Source: Felis catus (lineage: Eukaryota). Taken from it: a stretch of DNA of 64,000 bases. Both the position numbers and the translations under genes were made by a program. The stretch lies in the NCBI RefSeq assembly GCF_018350175.1, contig NC_058368.1, positions 6,138,001 to 6,202,000 on the forward strand. Reading direction: 5' to 3'. Of the stretch, positions 25,279-37,947 are shown one piece after another (position 1 is the first letter of the stretch; every line of letters begins with the position of its first letter). The notes under the pieces were generated by a model. It worked only from the letters and a program-made list of their open reading frames with translations. It ran no database searches and was not told where the DNA came from.

Positions 25279-26528
25279 TGCAGGTGTGAAGTTTCTAATT
25301 GGTCTTAGGTGTCCACCACTTTTAACTTCTTCCTCACCAGATATTCTTTAATTTATTTAACTTTTGTCCTTATCTCACATTTTATTTTGGAAGTATCTTA
25401 GACTTCTTACATGTAACTTTCATTATCGATCCGTTCTGAGAAATATAATGTGGAAATACAAGCCAAAGAACATTTCCAAATTTTTGTAAAATCCTCAGTT
25501 TAAATACTTTTGCTGTTAATTCATCTTAAAGAAGGAAATCAAACATTAAATCCAAGTTAACTCTGAAGCTGTGGCTAATATGTTTTGGAAAATTGGGTTA
25601 CTAGGATGAAGTAGCTTATGTGTTTGTAGTTCTTTATAGGTCGTTTCATATCTAGATCAGTGCTTCAAACTCAAAATAGATTTATAATTAGTTGGCCTTC
25701 ATGCAGGTATTCTTATTCTTTGATGTCAAATTTATAAAGTATATGTATACGTTTTCATCTTGAAGTAGTTTATAATAGTGGGAATGAAGACAGAAGTTAC
25801 CCAGAGTCACCAAGCTAGTCTTGCAAGTGCAGTGATGTGTAGTGTGAGAGAATTTGTCATTGCAGGAGTATGTGCTGGACCTGCTCTGCAGTCATAAAAA
25901 TATATTCACTTTTCATTATGATCCTATAACTGTCTTCTCACAATCGATCTTTTCTCCAGTGTCTATTCAACAACAGTTTTACAGGCTTTTAGTTACAAAA
26001 GTTGTATCAGCCTGATACATGTTACATGATACAGATTATTTCACAAAATGATGTGATCTATTGTTTTGTATGACAGGTGTCATTTAGAAGTATTTAACTC
26101 TTTAAAGGTATAAAACATTGATTTATTAGTAGTAGCAAGGCTTTTCTAACATGTAGGAGGTGTTAAGAGTTTGTTAGAATCTAAATTTGTACCTCTTTTG
26201 TGAACTGTTTGAAAATTGGTTTTCCCCACTACCTTTACGTTTTGGGATTAGTCTAGTTCTGATAATCATAAGATGTTCCCCCCCTTTTGTATAGTCTTTT
26301 GTGCCTTGTCTCTTGGCTTCAAATCACTCAAAGTATATACTTTGTTAAATCATAGCTTTTATACACAATTTAAATTTTTTTACCTCTTTGCTATTTTTTA
26401 GTTTTATATAACTAAAAGATCATAGATCTGTGAATGCTACAAATAAAACTTGAAACTTCGGGTAGTCTTTTGTTTTAAGGTCTCTTGGTCCTCTTTTTGT
26501 TCATAGAATATAATAGTAGCAGCTTTAA

Positions 26529-26730
26529 CTTTTTTAAAGTTTATTTTTGAGAGAGAGACAGAGAGAGTGAGCAGGGGAGGGGCAGAAAGAGAGGGAGAGA
26601 GAGAATCCCAAGCAGACTCTGCACTGTCAGCACAGAGCTGATATGGGGCTGGAACTCACAGACTGGGAGATCATGTCCTGAGCTGAAACTGAGAGTCAGA
26701 TGCTTAACCGAAAGAGCCACCCAGGTGCCC
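26529..26730 (-). mobile_element. CanSINE
   Basis: TSD core tagcagctttaa. Confidence 0.92.
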
Positions 26731-27275
26731 TGATAATAGCAGCTTTAAATGAAAAGTTTCTGATAGCTTGTACTCCATGCATTGCCGGATAAGTTGTTAG
26801 GAGGGAGTTTGAATCTGTGTGTGTTAGTGATAAGCAAAGAATAGTCTATTTATTAGCTCATCTAGGTAGAGGAGGTGTATTCATTTACACATGACCCATT
26901 TATTGCTGTAGTGAACTTGCCTAAGAGTATTTTACCGGAAGCAATTTGTAATACAGTTGGTAGTCACACTTCCTGAACAGAGCCAATGTAGCATATGGTT
27001 GGAGATGCTTTCCGCAGTCAAACTGCTGGGTTTGAGGTCCCGGTTTGCTGCTCTCTAGCATTGTGACTATGGATTCCCTGTTTCCTTTTATGTAAAATGG
27101 GGTAACAATAATGTGTTGTTGTGATGCCATTATTAAACAATGCTTGCACATAAGGGACAGTCTGTGTCATCAGTTATGTCACCTACATAACTGATACTTG
27201 TTTTTTTATAACTGAGTTAAAATAGTACTGTGGGCAGTCAGTAACTTAATTATTACTAAAATTATCTTCTTCCTC

Positions 27276-27560
27276 TGTGTATGTGTGTGTGTATGTGTGT
27301 GTATACATATAGGTGTGTATATATGCACGCATATACACACATATAGTTAGCTATATTTCTCTGTGTATATCTCTACTGTATATATGCAGATATATAAATG
27401 TACATATGTGTATATATGTATTTATGTGCACATATTTGCATATGTATTTTAAAATGTGCTTATGTATGTGTACATAAATATTTCTGTAGAGAAACATGGA
27501 GCCATGCTGGCTATATATAACTATATACATGTAAATTACATATTTTATGTATATAATTTC
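27276..27560. repeat. Degenerate (TG/TA/CA)n low-complexity tract
   Basis: Alternating purine-pyrimidine tgtgtatatacacat-type repeats. Confidence 0.85.
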
Positions 27561-27845
27561 AGAGCATGTGTGGCATGAACTTTAACATGTATTTATCTTA
27601 AGTGCTTAATATAGTACTTGGCTGTGGAAAGTGCTTGGTACATATTATAATATTCTTCTAGGAATCCTATTCCTTGTCTGCCTGCCAAGAAGTCAACATT
27701 TATTGAATATTCACCTGTGGAGAAATGGGCTTTCTGATATTTTGGAAAGTTGGAGGCAAAGGTATATAGTTCCCACTCCTGGGAAATAACTTTGCTTCCT
27801 CCCTTCAGATAACAGTGAGTTTGCTTTAAGAACTAGGAAAACATT

Positions 27846-28069
27846 GGGGCGCCTGGGTGGCGCAGTCTGTTAGGCGTCTGACTTCAGCCAGGTCACGATC
27901 TCGCGGTCTGGGAGTTCGAGCCCCGCGTCAGGCTCTGGGCTGATGGCTCAGAGCCTGGAGCCTGTTTCCAATTCTGTGTCTCCCTCTCTCTGCCCCTCCC
28001 CCGTTCATGCTCTGTCTCTCTCTGTCCCAAAAATAAATAAACGTTCAAAAAAAATTTTTTTTTAAAAAA
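27846..28069 (+). mobile_element. Young CanSINE (SINEC_Fc)
   Basis: CpGs largely intact. TSD core aagaactagga. Confidence 0.96.
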
Positions 28070-29011
28070 AAGAACTAGGAGAACACAGCCCTTGTAAATC
28101 CACTAATAGAGTAATTTTTTTCGGAATGGTATGAAAGTGTCAAATGTAAAAGGTTAGTTGATGTTAATATTGCTACAAGACTTCAGCTTCTCCAATCTGG
28201 CACGGCCCTGCCTTTCAAGGAGAGACTCACTGGGAGCTGATGCCCCTCCTTTACCCCCATCCACTCTGAAATATGCTGCATGTTTCATTATTCTGTGTGG
28301 CCCTCTGCTTTCTGGTTAGATGTTACATCTTCACCTAATTACAGTGAGACCCTATCCAGTTCTACCTTATGTGTAATTGGTGCTGGGGCAGTGAGTGAGT
28401 GAGTGGAAGGAAACAGGGAAGAAGAGAGAAGTTTCTTCTTGCCAGTTTTTAACTTGTTTGAAGCACTGTATTTGGAACTGTTCTTAGGCAAGGTAAGTTT
28501 ATCACTCCTTAATTCCACTCCTGTTTATTTATGTATTGAAAATAGCAAATTTTAATTTTGGAACTTGTTACTCAACTTTTAGATTATTGACGGTAGCTTC
28601 CTAATTACCTTCTTGCCTCCAATGTTGATATTTCTGTTGTGTGCTAATGTGTGATCTTTCTGTAAGTTTAGTCTAGTCAGACCTTGTTAATTTTATTATG
28701 TTTAACACTGTCAAATATCTATGTAATTCTGTTGAAATTTTCTTAGTTTTATTTATCTTTGGCATATACCAAATTTAATTCTTTTCCCACTGTAATTTTT
28801 TCCCCAGAATTCTAGGAAACCCTATTTTTGTACTTGAGTAGGGATAGTTCCATTTAACTGGTTGTTTCTTGTTTTTCTGTACATAGAATTGAATTGAAAA
28901 TACTGTTAAGTACATGGTATACTATCATTGTCACTCTGTGCAAGGTCCTATATTTTATTTTTCATTCTCCCGTCTCTATCCCATCTCTTCTCCTACTATA
29001 ATCAACTCCTG

Positions 29012-29280
29012 TTCTTTTCTTTTCTTTTCTTTTCTTTTCTTTTCTTTTCTTTTCTTTTCTTTTCTTTTCTTTTCTTTTCTTTTCTTTCACTTCATTTTAT
29101 TTCATTCATTTATTTATTTAGAGAGAGAGCTCGAGCAGGGGAGGGGCAGAGGGAGGAGAGAGAATCTTAAGCAGTCTCCACGCCCAGCGCGGCACCAGGC
29201 TCGATCCCACAACTCTGGGATCATCACCTGAGCTGGAATCAAGAGTCAGACACTCAACTGACTGAGCCACCTAGGTGCCC
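29012..29280 (-). mobile_element. CanSINE with (TTTTC)n expanded tail
   Basis: (TTTTC)n ~29012-29087 followed by an antisense SINE body. Confidence 0.92.
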
Positions 29281-31080
29281 TCTCATTCTGATTTCTTGAG
29301 TATAGATCCTTTCAGCCCCTATTTTAATCTAAATATCTTTATTATATACTTGTACCCATGAAAATATTGCTTGGGTATGGTTTAGTCTCATTCCTCTTAA
29401 AAATGTTATGTTTCTGCTTAGCTATATGTAGACCCAGTTCATTGCTTTTGACCAGATATTCTCAATACTGTATATGTACACACCGTGTGTTACTTATGTA
29501 TACATGGTATGGTGATGTATACATAGTATGCCCCTATTTCCTTCCACAACAGTGTCCTCCTTTGACACTATATGAAACCTTTCCTATGGTATATAATCAA
29601 TCAGGAAAGGAACTGCTGGTGTAGGAAGTATACATACTTAATACCACTACTCCAGATTGCTTTCTAAAATGTACCAGTTTATACTGTTAATAGTACATGA
29701 GGTTACCATTCCTTTACGTTTTCCACCAGTTTAAATGAGAACCTTTAAATAATGTTAAATGTTAATCTTTAAAGATACTGGAAACAAAAATAGAAGGGAA
29801 GAGTGAGAGGGTAGAAGTCTTGATTTCTTTACGTAGAAAAACTTTTGTGGCCAGATTTTTATTTATAAATTCAGGTTTTATGCTGTGTTGCTAATGACAG
29901 AATAAACCCTCTGCATGTGAGAGACAGAGCTGTAATGTAATGACTTCAGATCCCATCCAGTTCATTTGTTCAACAATGAGCATTCATAACAATCTTTTCA
30001 ATTACAGAGTGTTGTCGACGAGGTAGAATGTACATTAAGGGAGAAGAAGACATTTTTAGGGTGTCTTAATAACATCAATCTTGAATAATTAAAATAATAG
30101 TTGGAGTATAATATGAATATTTAAGAAGCATTTGAGTATATTCGTATGCCTGATGTAATAGTACTTTTAAGAAAACAGTATTTGGGGCCAAGTGGAAATA
30201 AATTAGTGGATATGTGAAATAGCAAGAAAGACCAACCATTTGGGAGAAAAATACTATGCATTGATTTCTGGTTTTAGCGTTTCTTAGTTCTTGGACCATG
30301 AATGTTAAGGAGAAGAAAAATGATTATAGACAACGAATATTAAGATACGGTTCTTGAAGTCAAGATGCAGTGACATAAATAACTTTATAGAGTTAATGTT
30401 CAGAAAAATGGCACTTTGAGAAGTTGATTTAAAAAGATTGGTAAGTAGTTTACTTTGATGGAAAACCCCCACATGTAATGATACTTGATCATGTTACTGT
30501 AATCTTATAACTGAACAGACAGGAAGGGACCAAGAGTTACTTTCTGACTTCCAAGCTCAGCAGTTTGTTAAATTCTGCATAGCTGTTTCTCCAAACAAGG
30601 TGAAGATGAGTTTAAAGTGTGAGAACTAACAAGTTTAGCGTGAATTGCTTGAGATCATGTAGATGGGAGATACTCACTTCTAGGTTTACAAGAAGGTTTA
30701 TAATTTCTTGGAGCTTGGCATCTGGAGCTGCCAAGAAACTTGAAAGTAATTCCTGATGGGGCATTCTTTTTCACTGCTGTATCTTGGAGACTATACCTGT
30801 GCCAAGCACAGGAACCTCCCCCAAAGTGCCAAGAAATCCCCTCAAATCTAGAATTAGTAATTTTAGTAATTTTTAAAATAAACTTGGGTTGTTGACAAAA
30901 AAGTTAATTTCTAGATTTCATTTGTCAGACGATCAAAAGAGCCGAATGTGTTAATATGACAAGGGATTTTAAGCAAAATATAGTGTGGCTAATTAGAATG
31001 TGCTCTCAGAGTGTACCCAATTTAAATGAAAGGAAGTGTTGTTTCAGTTTGCTTTAATGCACTATAACTTCATGTGAGAT

Positions 31081-31525
31081 TATTGGGCATAAGGCCATCA
31101 AGAATGCACCGGTAGTCAAAGTTTGTTAGTCTGCCGTAGCAAATGACAGTGAACATCTGGGAACTGTGAGGTATCTCAGCAAGAGGGAGTGGGCAAGGGC
31201 TTCGGAGGGTTTGGGCTTGGGCTGCATGGTCTTCAGGAAAGACTCGGGGAGTAGATCAGCTCTGGATTGGATACTCTCATGAAATGGGGTCTGTTTGGTA
31301 ATTGGGTATCTCAGCATTCTCTTCAAGAGTAGGAGTGAAGCAAAGCTGGGACTCACTGGTAAGAGAACAGTAATCACTCATAAAAGGGCCATTTTAGTCA
31401 TTCTGCAGCTGTGGTGTTGCCTTAGGCAAACTTTATTTCCTGTGTGCCTTTGTACTGGCATTGCCTCTAATCTGTTAGGTATATCACAATCTGATTATCA
31501 GCGGAGTTTATTTTCACTGTTCTCA
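31081..31525 (-). mobile_element. 3' LTR of ERV1-like provirus B
   Basis: Minus-strand purine-rich aaaatgaggggc precedes TGAGAACA at 31525, the same LTR start motif as provirus A. The left edge is approximate. Confidence 0.6.
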
Positions 31526-32840
31526 GCCCCTCATTTTGGCCAAATTCAGCCATTCAGGACATTGTTCTGTAAAATCCAGATCTTCACTCTTGCCAGAATT
31601 CCATTGATCAGGAGGCTGTTCAGAGAACCTCAGTTGTTGGACTCAAGTGAGTTCTTTATGTATACTTTTTGTTGTTGTAAGGTTAGTTATTGAATCATCC
31701 AAAGCAAAAATGGCTGTGCACATGTAGGACTCTGGAGTCATTTTAGCACTGCAGTATGGCACATGCTGAGATTAACAGGTTTTGTAATCTGTTTCTAAGC
31801 AAAGAGCCAAGTCCCAAGTGTGGTTTTGGTGTAGACAGAAACTTTGCTAGGTTTGACATCACAGGGGGCTCCCTGTCCTGTTTACTATTTTGAGTTTACT
31901 ATTTCAGGAGTTGCTTAGTAGTTGAGTGTGATTGCCCAGGAACTAGAGTGAGCGGAGTTGCTCCCAAAAGAAAGTGGCTCAAATCTCAATAATTAGCTTG
32001 TTTGCATTATTTTAGTGAAATCATGAGCAAATTGTAGCGAGGTATTGGATTCATACAAAGAGTGATTAGGGATACAAAGAGCAATATTAAGGGTATTGTT
32101 ATTAGCTATAGCAGGTGTCTGTTAATAATTCAGAAATTTAAACCAGCATAGAGGATAGAAAAGAGCTGTGGAATGAGAGCATGCAGATTTAAGCCTGACA
32201 GTCTTTGGTTCTTGCCATTTAAATCTTGTTCCATGGGTCCTGGGTGGAAGCTGTCTCATTCTCTAGGATCATCTTCTGGAGGATTCTTAGGCATCCTCAA
32301 TTTGAGGTCTCTGGCTGGGACGGTCTTCCAGTAATTTGAGGATGTGTTGTTATGTCACGGTAATTGAGAGCTGTGCATCCAAGGAGTTCTGCTGTTGTAG
32401 TTGTCAACAGAGTATGGCAAGGTCATTTCCATGGGGGTTCAAGTGCAGTCTTTCCCTAATGATGCTTCAAAAATAGCCAGTCACCTAATCTGAGAGCGTA
32501 TAGCGCTGATTAAGTATCTAGCCAGGGAAGATAAGGTTGAACAGCTCTGGAAAATTAGGTTAACCAGAATTTTTAGAATGGGAGAAAGCAGCTCCTCTAT
32601 TGATGTGTATATAATACACAAGGATGTAAGGCTTTAGTCAGTGGTTACCCAAGGAGTTAGAACATACTGTGAACAGTGAGGACTTGAACCAATCTGCAAG
32701 GCTTCTTGATTTCTACCATCAAGTGTGTTATGTTCGTTCTTAATTGACTAGGATACTGAAACCTAGAAACAAAAATATTGAAACAGTCATTGTACCAGTT
32801 TTTCTCTAAGAACATGAGTCTGCCTCTTCTCAGCTCAATG
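31526..32840 (-). mobile_element. Decayed ERV1-like internal fragment (integrase + 3' region), provirus B
   Basis: Minus translation at ~32300-32500 reads LGDWLFLKHH*GKTALEPPWK*PCHTLLTTTTA...PWMHSSQL, a degenerate GPY/F integrase C-terminus. FQYPSQLRTNITHL at ~32720-32765 resembles the integrase core. Confidence 0.8.
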
Positions 32841-32856
32841 TACATAAATCACCAAA

Positions 32857-32935
32857 CATATGTACATATGTATATATGTGTGTATATATGTATACGTACA
32901 TAGATGTATACACACACATATGTATATGCACATTA
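32857..32935. repeat. (CA/TA/TG)n low-complexity repeat
   Basis: catatgtacatatgtatatatgtgtgtatat... Confidence 0.85.
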
Positions 32936-33249
32936 ATACATTTTATTTGCATTTAATGTATAACGGCTGAACTCCTTTAATTTGTCAAATAAATCAATTT
33001 GGAGAGAACAGAGTTTTTAAAGTAAGAAATCCAAAGATAGGTTAAGTGTAAAAGACATCTGCTTTATTATTTTGATTTTGGGACCTAAATTCACAAAAGA
33101 CAAAATCAGATGATAATAATATGTGAACTTTAGTCGTGGTATCCAAAGGTAAAAAGTAGTTCCTAAGCCATATTTGAAAATACTAATTGCAGTAAGAACA
33201 ATAATTATTAGGACCTTTAATCTTTTTAAATAGATTTTATTAAAAATGA

Positions 33250-33790
33250 TTTAAAATATGTCTAAGGCCCAAGGATGTATCTTTAAGAGCATCCTGTCCC
33301 AAACTGGAAATACTAAGATTATTAAAAATACCAAATACTTAAGCGAGTTAGGGGGCTGAATTCACATCTCTGTAGCATTCGGCCAGGGCAGCTCATTGTC
33401 GTGCACAGTCGCTGAGATTCGTGCTGTGGTCTAGCGTCCTCCCAGACCTTTTCCCTTGGTAGCCATCATACTGCAGCGCAACAGTGGCGGTTGCTTATGA
33501 TCTGCTTACAGATGATTGCAGAATGAAGATAATTACATCTTCGGTTTAACACATTACACTTCACGTAATTCACAATTTTCACTACGTAACTAACAGTGAT
33601 TGGTTCAGCTGTTGCTTTCTTTCTTTTTTGCTTCTCCCGTAAAGCGTGACTTTTCCCATGAAGGAAGTACTGTTCTGATTTACATTCTGGCTCAAGCTCC
33701 TGGATGTGGCTGACTACTCCGTAATGTTTTTCTGTCATTGCAGCTGACAATGTAATTCTCCAGAACAGGCTCTTACACCCCAAACAACTT
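33250..33790 (-). mobile_element. hAT (Charlie1/Buster-type) transposase fossil
   Basis: The minus ORF 33466-33783 reads AAMTEKHYGVVSHIQELEPECKS..FLHGKSHA...VVKIVNYVKCN, followed in another frame by DHKQ..L...V*WLPREKV. This matches the Charlie1/ZBED5-family motifs DGAAAMTGKHSG, HCFIHRE and EVRWLSRGKV. Confidence 0.85.
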
Positions 33791-33901
33791 CTATTGACAC
33801 TGTAATCAATACCTCATGATTTTACGTAGTGCAGTTAGGCCAGAGCTTCTGGCTTCTAAAACTGCTGTTGAGAAGTGCACAGGTATCCTGATTCCTGATT
33901 C

Positions 33902-34315
33902 TTTTTTTAAAATTTATCTTTATTGAGATATAATTCACATATAGCATCGTGTGAGTTTAAGTTGTACCACTTGCTGACTTGATAAATTTGTATATTGTAA
34001 TATGACTTCCACTGTAGCGTAGCTAACACTTTTTTTCCCCCTAGTGGGAACCATTAAGATACAGTCTCTTAGCAACTTTGAAGTTTATAATATAGTATTG
34101 TTATCTATAATCACTGTCCTGTTCATTAAACATCTCCCTGTGCCCCTCGCCCCAGGTAGTCACCATTCTGCTTTCTGTTTTTGTGAGTTCAGGGATTCCA
34201 CATGTAAGTGATATCATACGGGATTTTCTTTATGGGATTTATCTCACTTAGCTTAATGTCCTCAGGTTCATCCACGTTGTCACAAATGGCAGGATTTTCT
34301 TCTTTCTCGTGGCCA
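33902..34315 (-). mobile_element. L1MA9-like 3' end
   Basis: tttattgagatataattcacatatagc...ctcttagcaactttgaagtttataata...gattccacatgtaagtgatatcatac. Confidence 0.82.
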
Positions 34316-36516
34316 ATATTGATCCTTTCCAAGTGGCCCATTACCTGTCTCCGCCGGAAGCTTGTAAAATCCGCTCATCTCCACTTTTCTGAAAGATGTA
34401 GGTATTGTCTTGATGTGGGTCTGTTTTCAGCTATTTGTGGTGGGAACTCATTGCACCCTTTCAGTTTTAGAAATCCTGTCATTCAGTTTGGGAAGTTGCC
34501 TTGAATTACTTCTTTTCTCTGTTCTTTCTTTCTTAACTGCTAGTTACTTGTATATTGGATTTCATGGACTGGTTGTCTAATTTTTCTGTTTTTCTTTCAC
34601 ATTTCTTATTTTATTCTATTTTCTAGAAATGTCTCTTCAGCTTTATCTTCCACTCAACCAGTCCTACTTCCAGAGTTATCTCGTACTGTCAGTTCTCTGA
34701 TCTTGGAGGATCTTGCTGTGTGCATCTAATTGGTCCTCAGTTTCCTTCACTGTCAGTGTCTGATCCAGTTTTTCTTGGGTCTTGTTAATCAGTTAGTGTT
34801 TGTCCACTTACTTTCTAGTTTCCAAAGCTTTATGCTGCCTCCTCTCCATTTCTCATCCATGTGAGTTAATATTTTTAAAAAATTTCTTTGCCATTGTTTT
34901 AGTAGGGTTTTAGGAAGGAAGTGAAATTTCCTATGTGTGTGCATTACTCTTTTGTACCAAAACACTGCTCATTTTTTTTACCGGCTCCTTTACGGCCATT
35001 TTCTATTACTGGCTTACTCTTTCGTCATGGTTCCATTCTCTTCCTTTCGGCTTCCTCGTGTAACACACTTTCCGTCAGCTTTCTTTATTATTTTTAATGT
35101 AATATTTTCTTGTCATACTTACGTTTTTTTACTCTCCCTGAAGTGAAGCACATATACTCTGTGTACCCCTCTTTGGACACAGATGACACAGCTGACCCCC
35201 TCCCGTCTTCCCTCTGCCTGTTTCTAAAGTCTCATCCATCCTCAGGACGTGAGCATGTTTCATGATGTCAAACTGCTCCCGCTACTCTCTGCTATTCTCT
35301 GAGCATGTCACACCTTCCCCATGCTTCTGTATTTTTGTACGTCCCGTTCCCACTTTCTGGAACGTCTCCTGATTTCTCTCCACAGCCCCTCCCTCCTTTC
35401 CTCACAGACTTCTGAAATCTTGAAAATCTCTGCTTAGGTAGCCTCTTTCTGAAGCTTTCTTTCATCTTGCTTCAACCCTTCAAGTTGTAGTTGGTCCCTT
35501 CTATTTATAGCACTTAAAACACTATATTGCAATTATTTATTTATGCAGTCTGACTACTTTAACTGGATCATGACTGAAACTAGGGAACAAATCCTTTTCC
35601 TCTCCAATGTGCCTTTTTACTAAAAAGTGACCGTGTGGATAGATATATAAATAAATGTGCTCTGTAAACCACAAAGTGCTGTTATATTATGATGGTAATT
35701 CAATGATTTTCAAGAGGAGGTTGCCTTTTTGATTATCAAACATCTAAAGTTTTTCTATTCTCCCATTTCACCTTTCTTTCTCATCACTTACCTTTATAAA
35801 ATATAACACATGTAATTACTTGGGATGGGGGAGAGAACTGTTTGCAGATTAGAATTGTTCAGTTCATTGAGAAGACGTTTGCATATGGCAGCTTGACCAT
35901 TTACATACGAGAGAAATTCAGGGTTGTTGTTAAGGAGGTGAATGGGTAAGTCTTGGGTTTAATTTATTTTCTTTCCCACCACTCTCTTTCTCCTTAGAGT
36001 GCCCAGATCTAGGATGCTATCCTCAAATGCTACCTATAACAATCCCTTGTACTCACTCCTGGGTTAACCATCTGGTTAAACCAGTACCGTGTATGTGAAA
36101 GTGTCTGGCAGACGTCTTCTAGTCCTGACGTCATTTTATTTTTGCATCCCCCTCTTCAACTTCATGTTTTTAATTCTTTCACACATCATTCAGACATAGT
36201 GAACATTGAGGGTAGATACACTTAATGTATTTTTAAAATAATGAGTGCCCATGGGGCTTTACTAGAAAGTATGTTATAAAGCCGATCGTCATAAGACAAA
36301 TCTTTTTTTCAGAAAAATAATGTTGGAATTGGGATTTTTTTCCCCCACAGCTAAGGATTTGGTGTAAATATATTGCAATCATGAAGATAAAGCTATGTAT
36401 GTTTTAATAATTTGAGATAATAAAGTATTAAATGAACTTAAATGAATAGATTTTATTCAACCAGACCTCCTTTTATCCTTTAAAATCTTGAACTCTACCA
36501 CCTTTGCCCGTACTTT

Positions 36517-36697
36517 TATTTTTTTTAGGTTTATTTATTTTGAGAGGGAGTGGGGAGAGGGAGAGAGAATCCTAGGTAGTCTCCGTGCCGGGAGCATGGA
36601 GCCAGATGCGGGGCTTGAACTCAGGAACCGTGAGATCATGATCTAAGCCGAAGTCCAGAGTCGGGACGCTTAACTGACTGAGCCGCCTAGGTGCCCT
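36517..36697 (-). mobile_element. CanSINE
   Basis: Antisense SINE ending ctgagccgcctaggtgccc. Confidence 0.9.
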
Positions 36698-36719
36698 CCT
36701 CTTACTTCTAGTATATGAC

Positions 36720-37900
36720 CTAATTTCCAACATCGGGAAGATTCAAAGCCATCAGGTGAGAACTCTCCCTGAAAGTATTTCTCCTTCTAGCCTTGTTTAA
36801 TTTCTCCTGAGCATTTTCGTCTTTGCTCCCTTAATTTTTACCTGCCTCTCCCTCTTCCATCAGCAGCTCCTTCGCTCTGGATTCTTCCTGGCAGTGCTTA
36901 ACCTATTCAGTTCTCTTCCGTCTTAAAATAATAGTAACTCTGTAACCTTGCGCATCATTCCAGCTGCTGGTGTACTTTCCCCCTCTCAGATGTCTCCGTT
37001 TATTATCTTAGTTTGCTTGTGCCCCGTTCATCGCCAGCTGCTGCAATGCGGACTCTGCCGTTACATCACTTCAACTGTTTTCGCCCGGTCTGCTCTCTGG
37101 TGACTTCATCATTGCTAAATTCAGTGAACGCTTCTTCACCTCACTAGTCTCCTCCGCAGCTCTCGATACTATTTACTATTCTACCCTTTTTGAAACTCTT
37201 TTTTTTTTTTTTTTTGGACCTCTCTGGCGTCACTTTACTCCCATGGCTTTGATTACCGTGTGTGTCCTAATTATAGTAAACGCGTGTCTTCAGCTTTCTC
37301 TCGAGCTTTAGACTTGTTTATTCAGCTTGCCATCCTCACTCTGGTATCTCGGATGTGCCGCAGACTCAACCTACACAAAACAGAGCTGTCTTCTTCTTCC
37401 CTCGGTCCTTTTCCTCTCGTTTCTTATTTCAGTCGGTAATGTTGCTGGTAACCTGCTGCCTCGGCAGAAATCATTATCTTTGACTCCTCCTCCTTCCTTC
37501 TGACCAGTATCCTGTCACCAAGTGCTTCTGGTCCTGCCTCGCGCACTCCGGTCCGTGTCCTCTGTATAGAAACCACCGTTGTGCAGCCACCGCCACCGTC
37601 TCTCAGCTGAACTACTTTAACGCTGTTTACTTTTCAGTGGCTTCTCTGCCTCCTGTTCTTATTTGCTCTCCCAAAGCATTCAAAAGGCAGCCAAAGATAT
37701 GTTTTCTCAGTAAAATATAATTGATATTCTTTTATTAAAGAGATCTTTAATGGAGGGCTTCCTGTTATTCTTGGAGTAAAAAGACTTTTATGTTCTGGTT
37801 CCTGGTTAATGTCCTTAGCCTCATCCCCCGTTGTTTACGATGTCTGTTCTCCTCAAATGCTTTTGTCTCGCCTCATGCGTCTTCACATTGTGTTTCCGTC
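36720..37900 (+). mobile_element. L2 fragment (unusually CpG-rich)
   Basis: L2 motifs ggtgacttcatcattgctaaattcagtg, cagactcaacctacacaaaacagagct, ctttgactcctcc and gtcaccaagt. Confidence 0.7.
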
Positions 37901-37947
37901 TTAACTCAAGCCACATACACATACACAAATACACATACCCTCACGTC

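Noticed and set aside
28445..28498. Strong donor AAG|GTAAGT with an upstream AG
   Set aside because: An isolated consensus match is expected by chance in a 39-kb intron; no coding similarity.
28914..29231. 105-aa Phe/Ser-rich ORF
   Set aside because: Microsatellite plus antisense SINE.
31295..31693. 132-aa + strand ORF
   Set aside because: Antisense to an LTR/ERV remnant, starts at a non-ATG codon, and has no recognisable domain.
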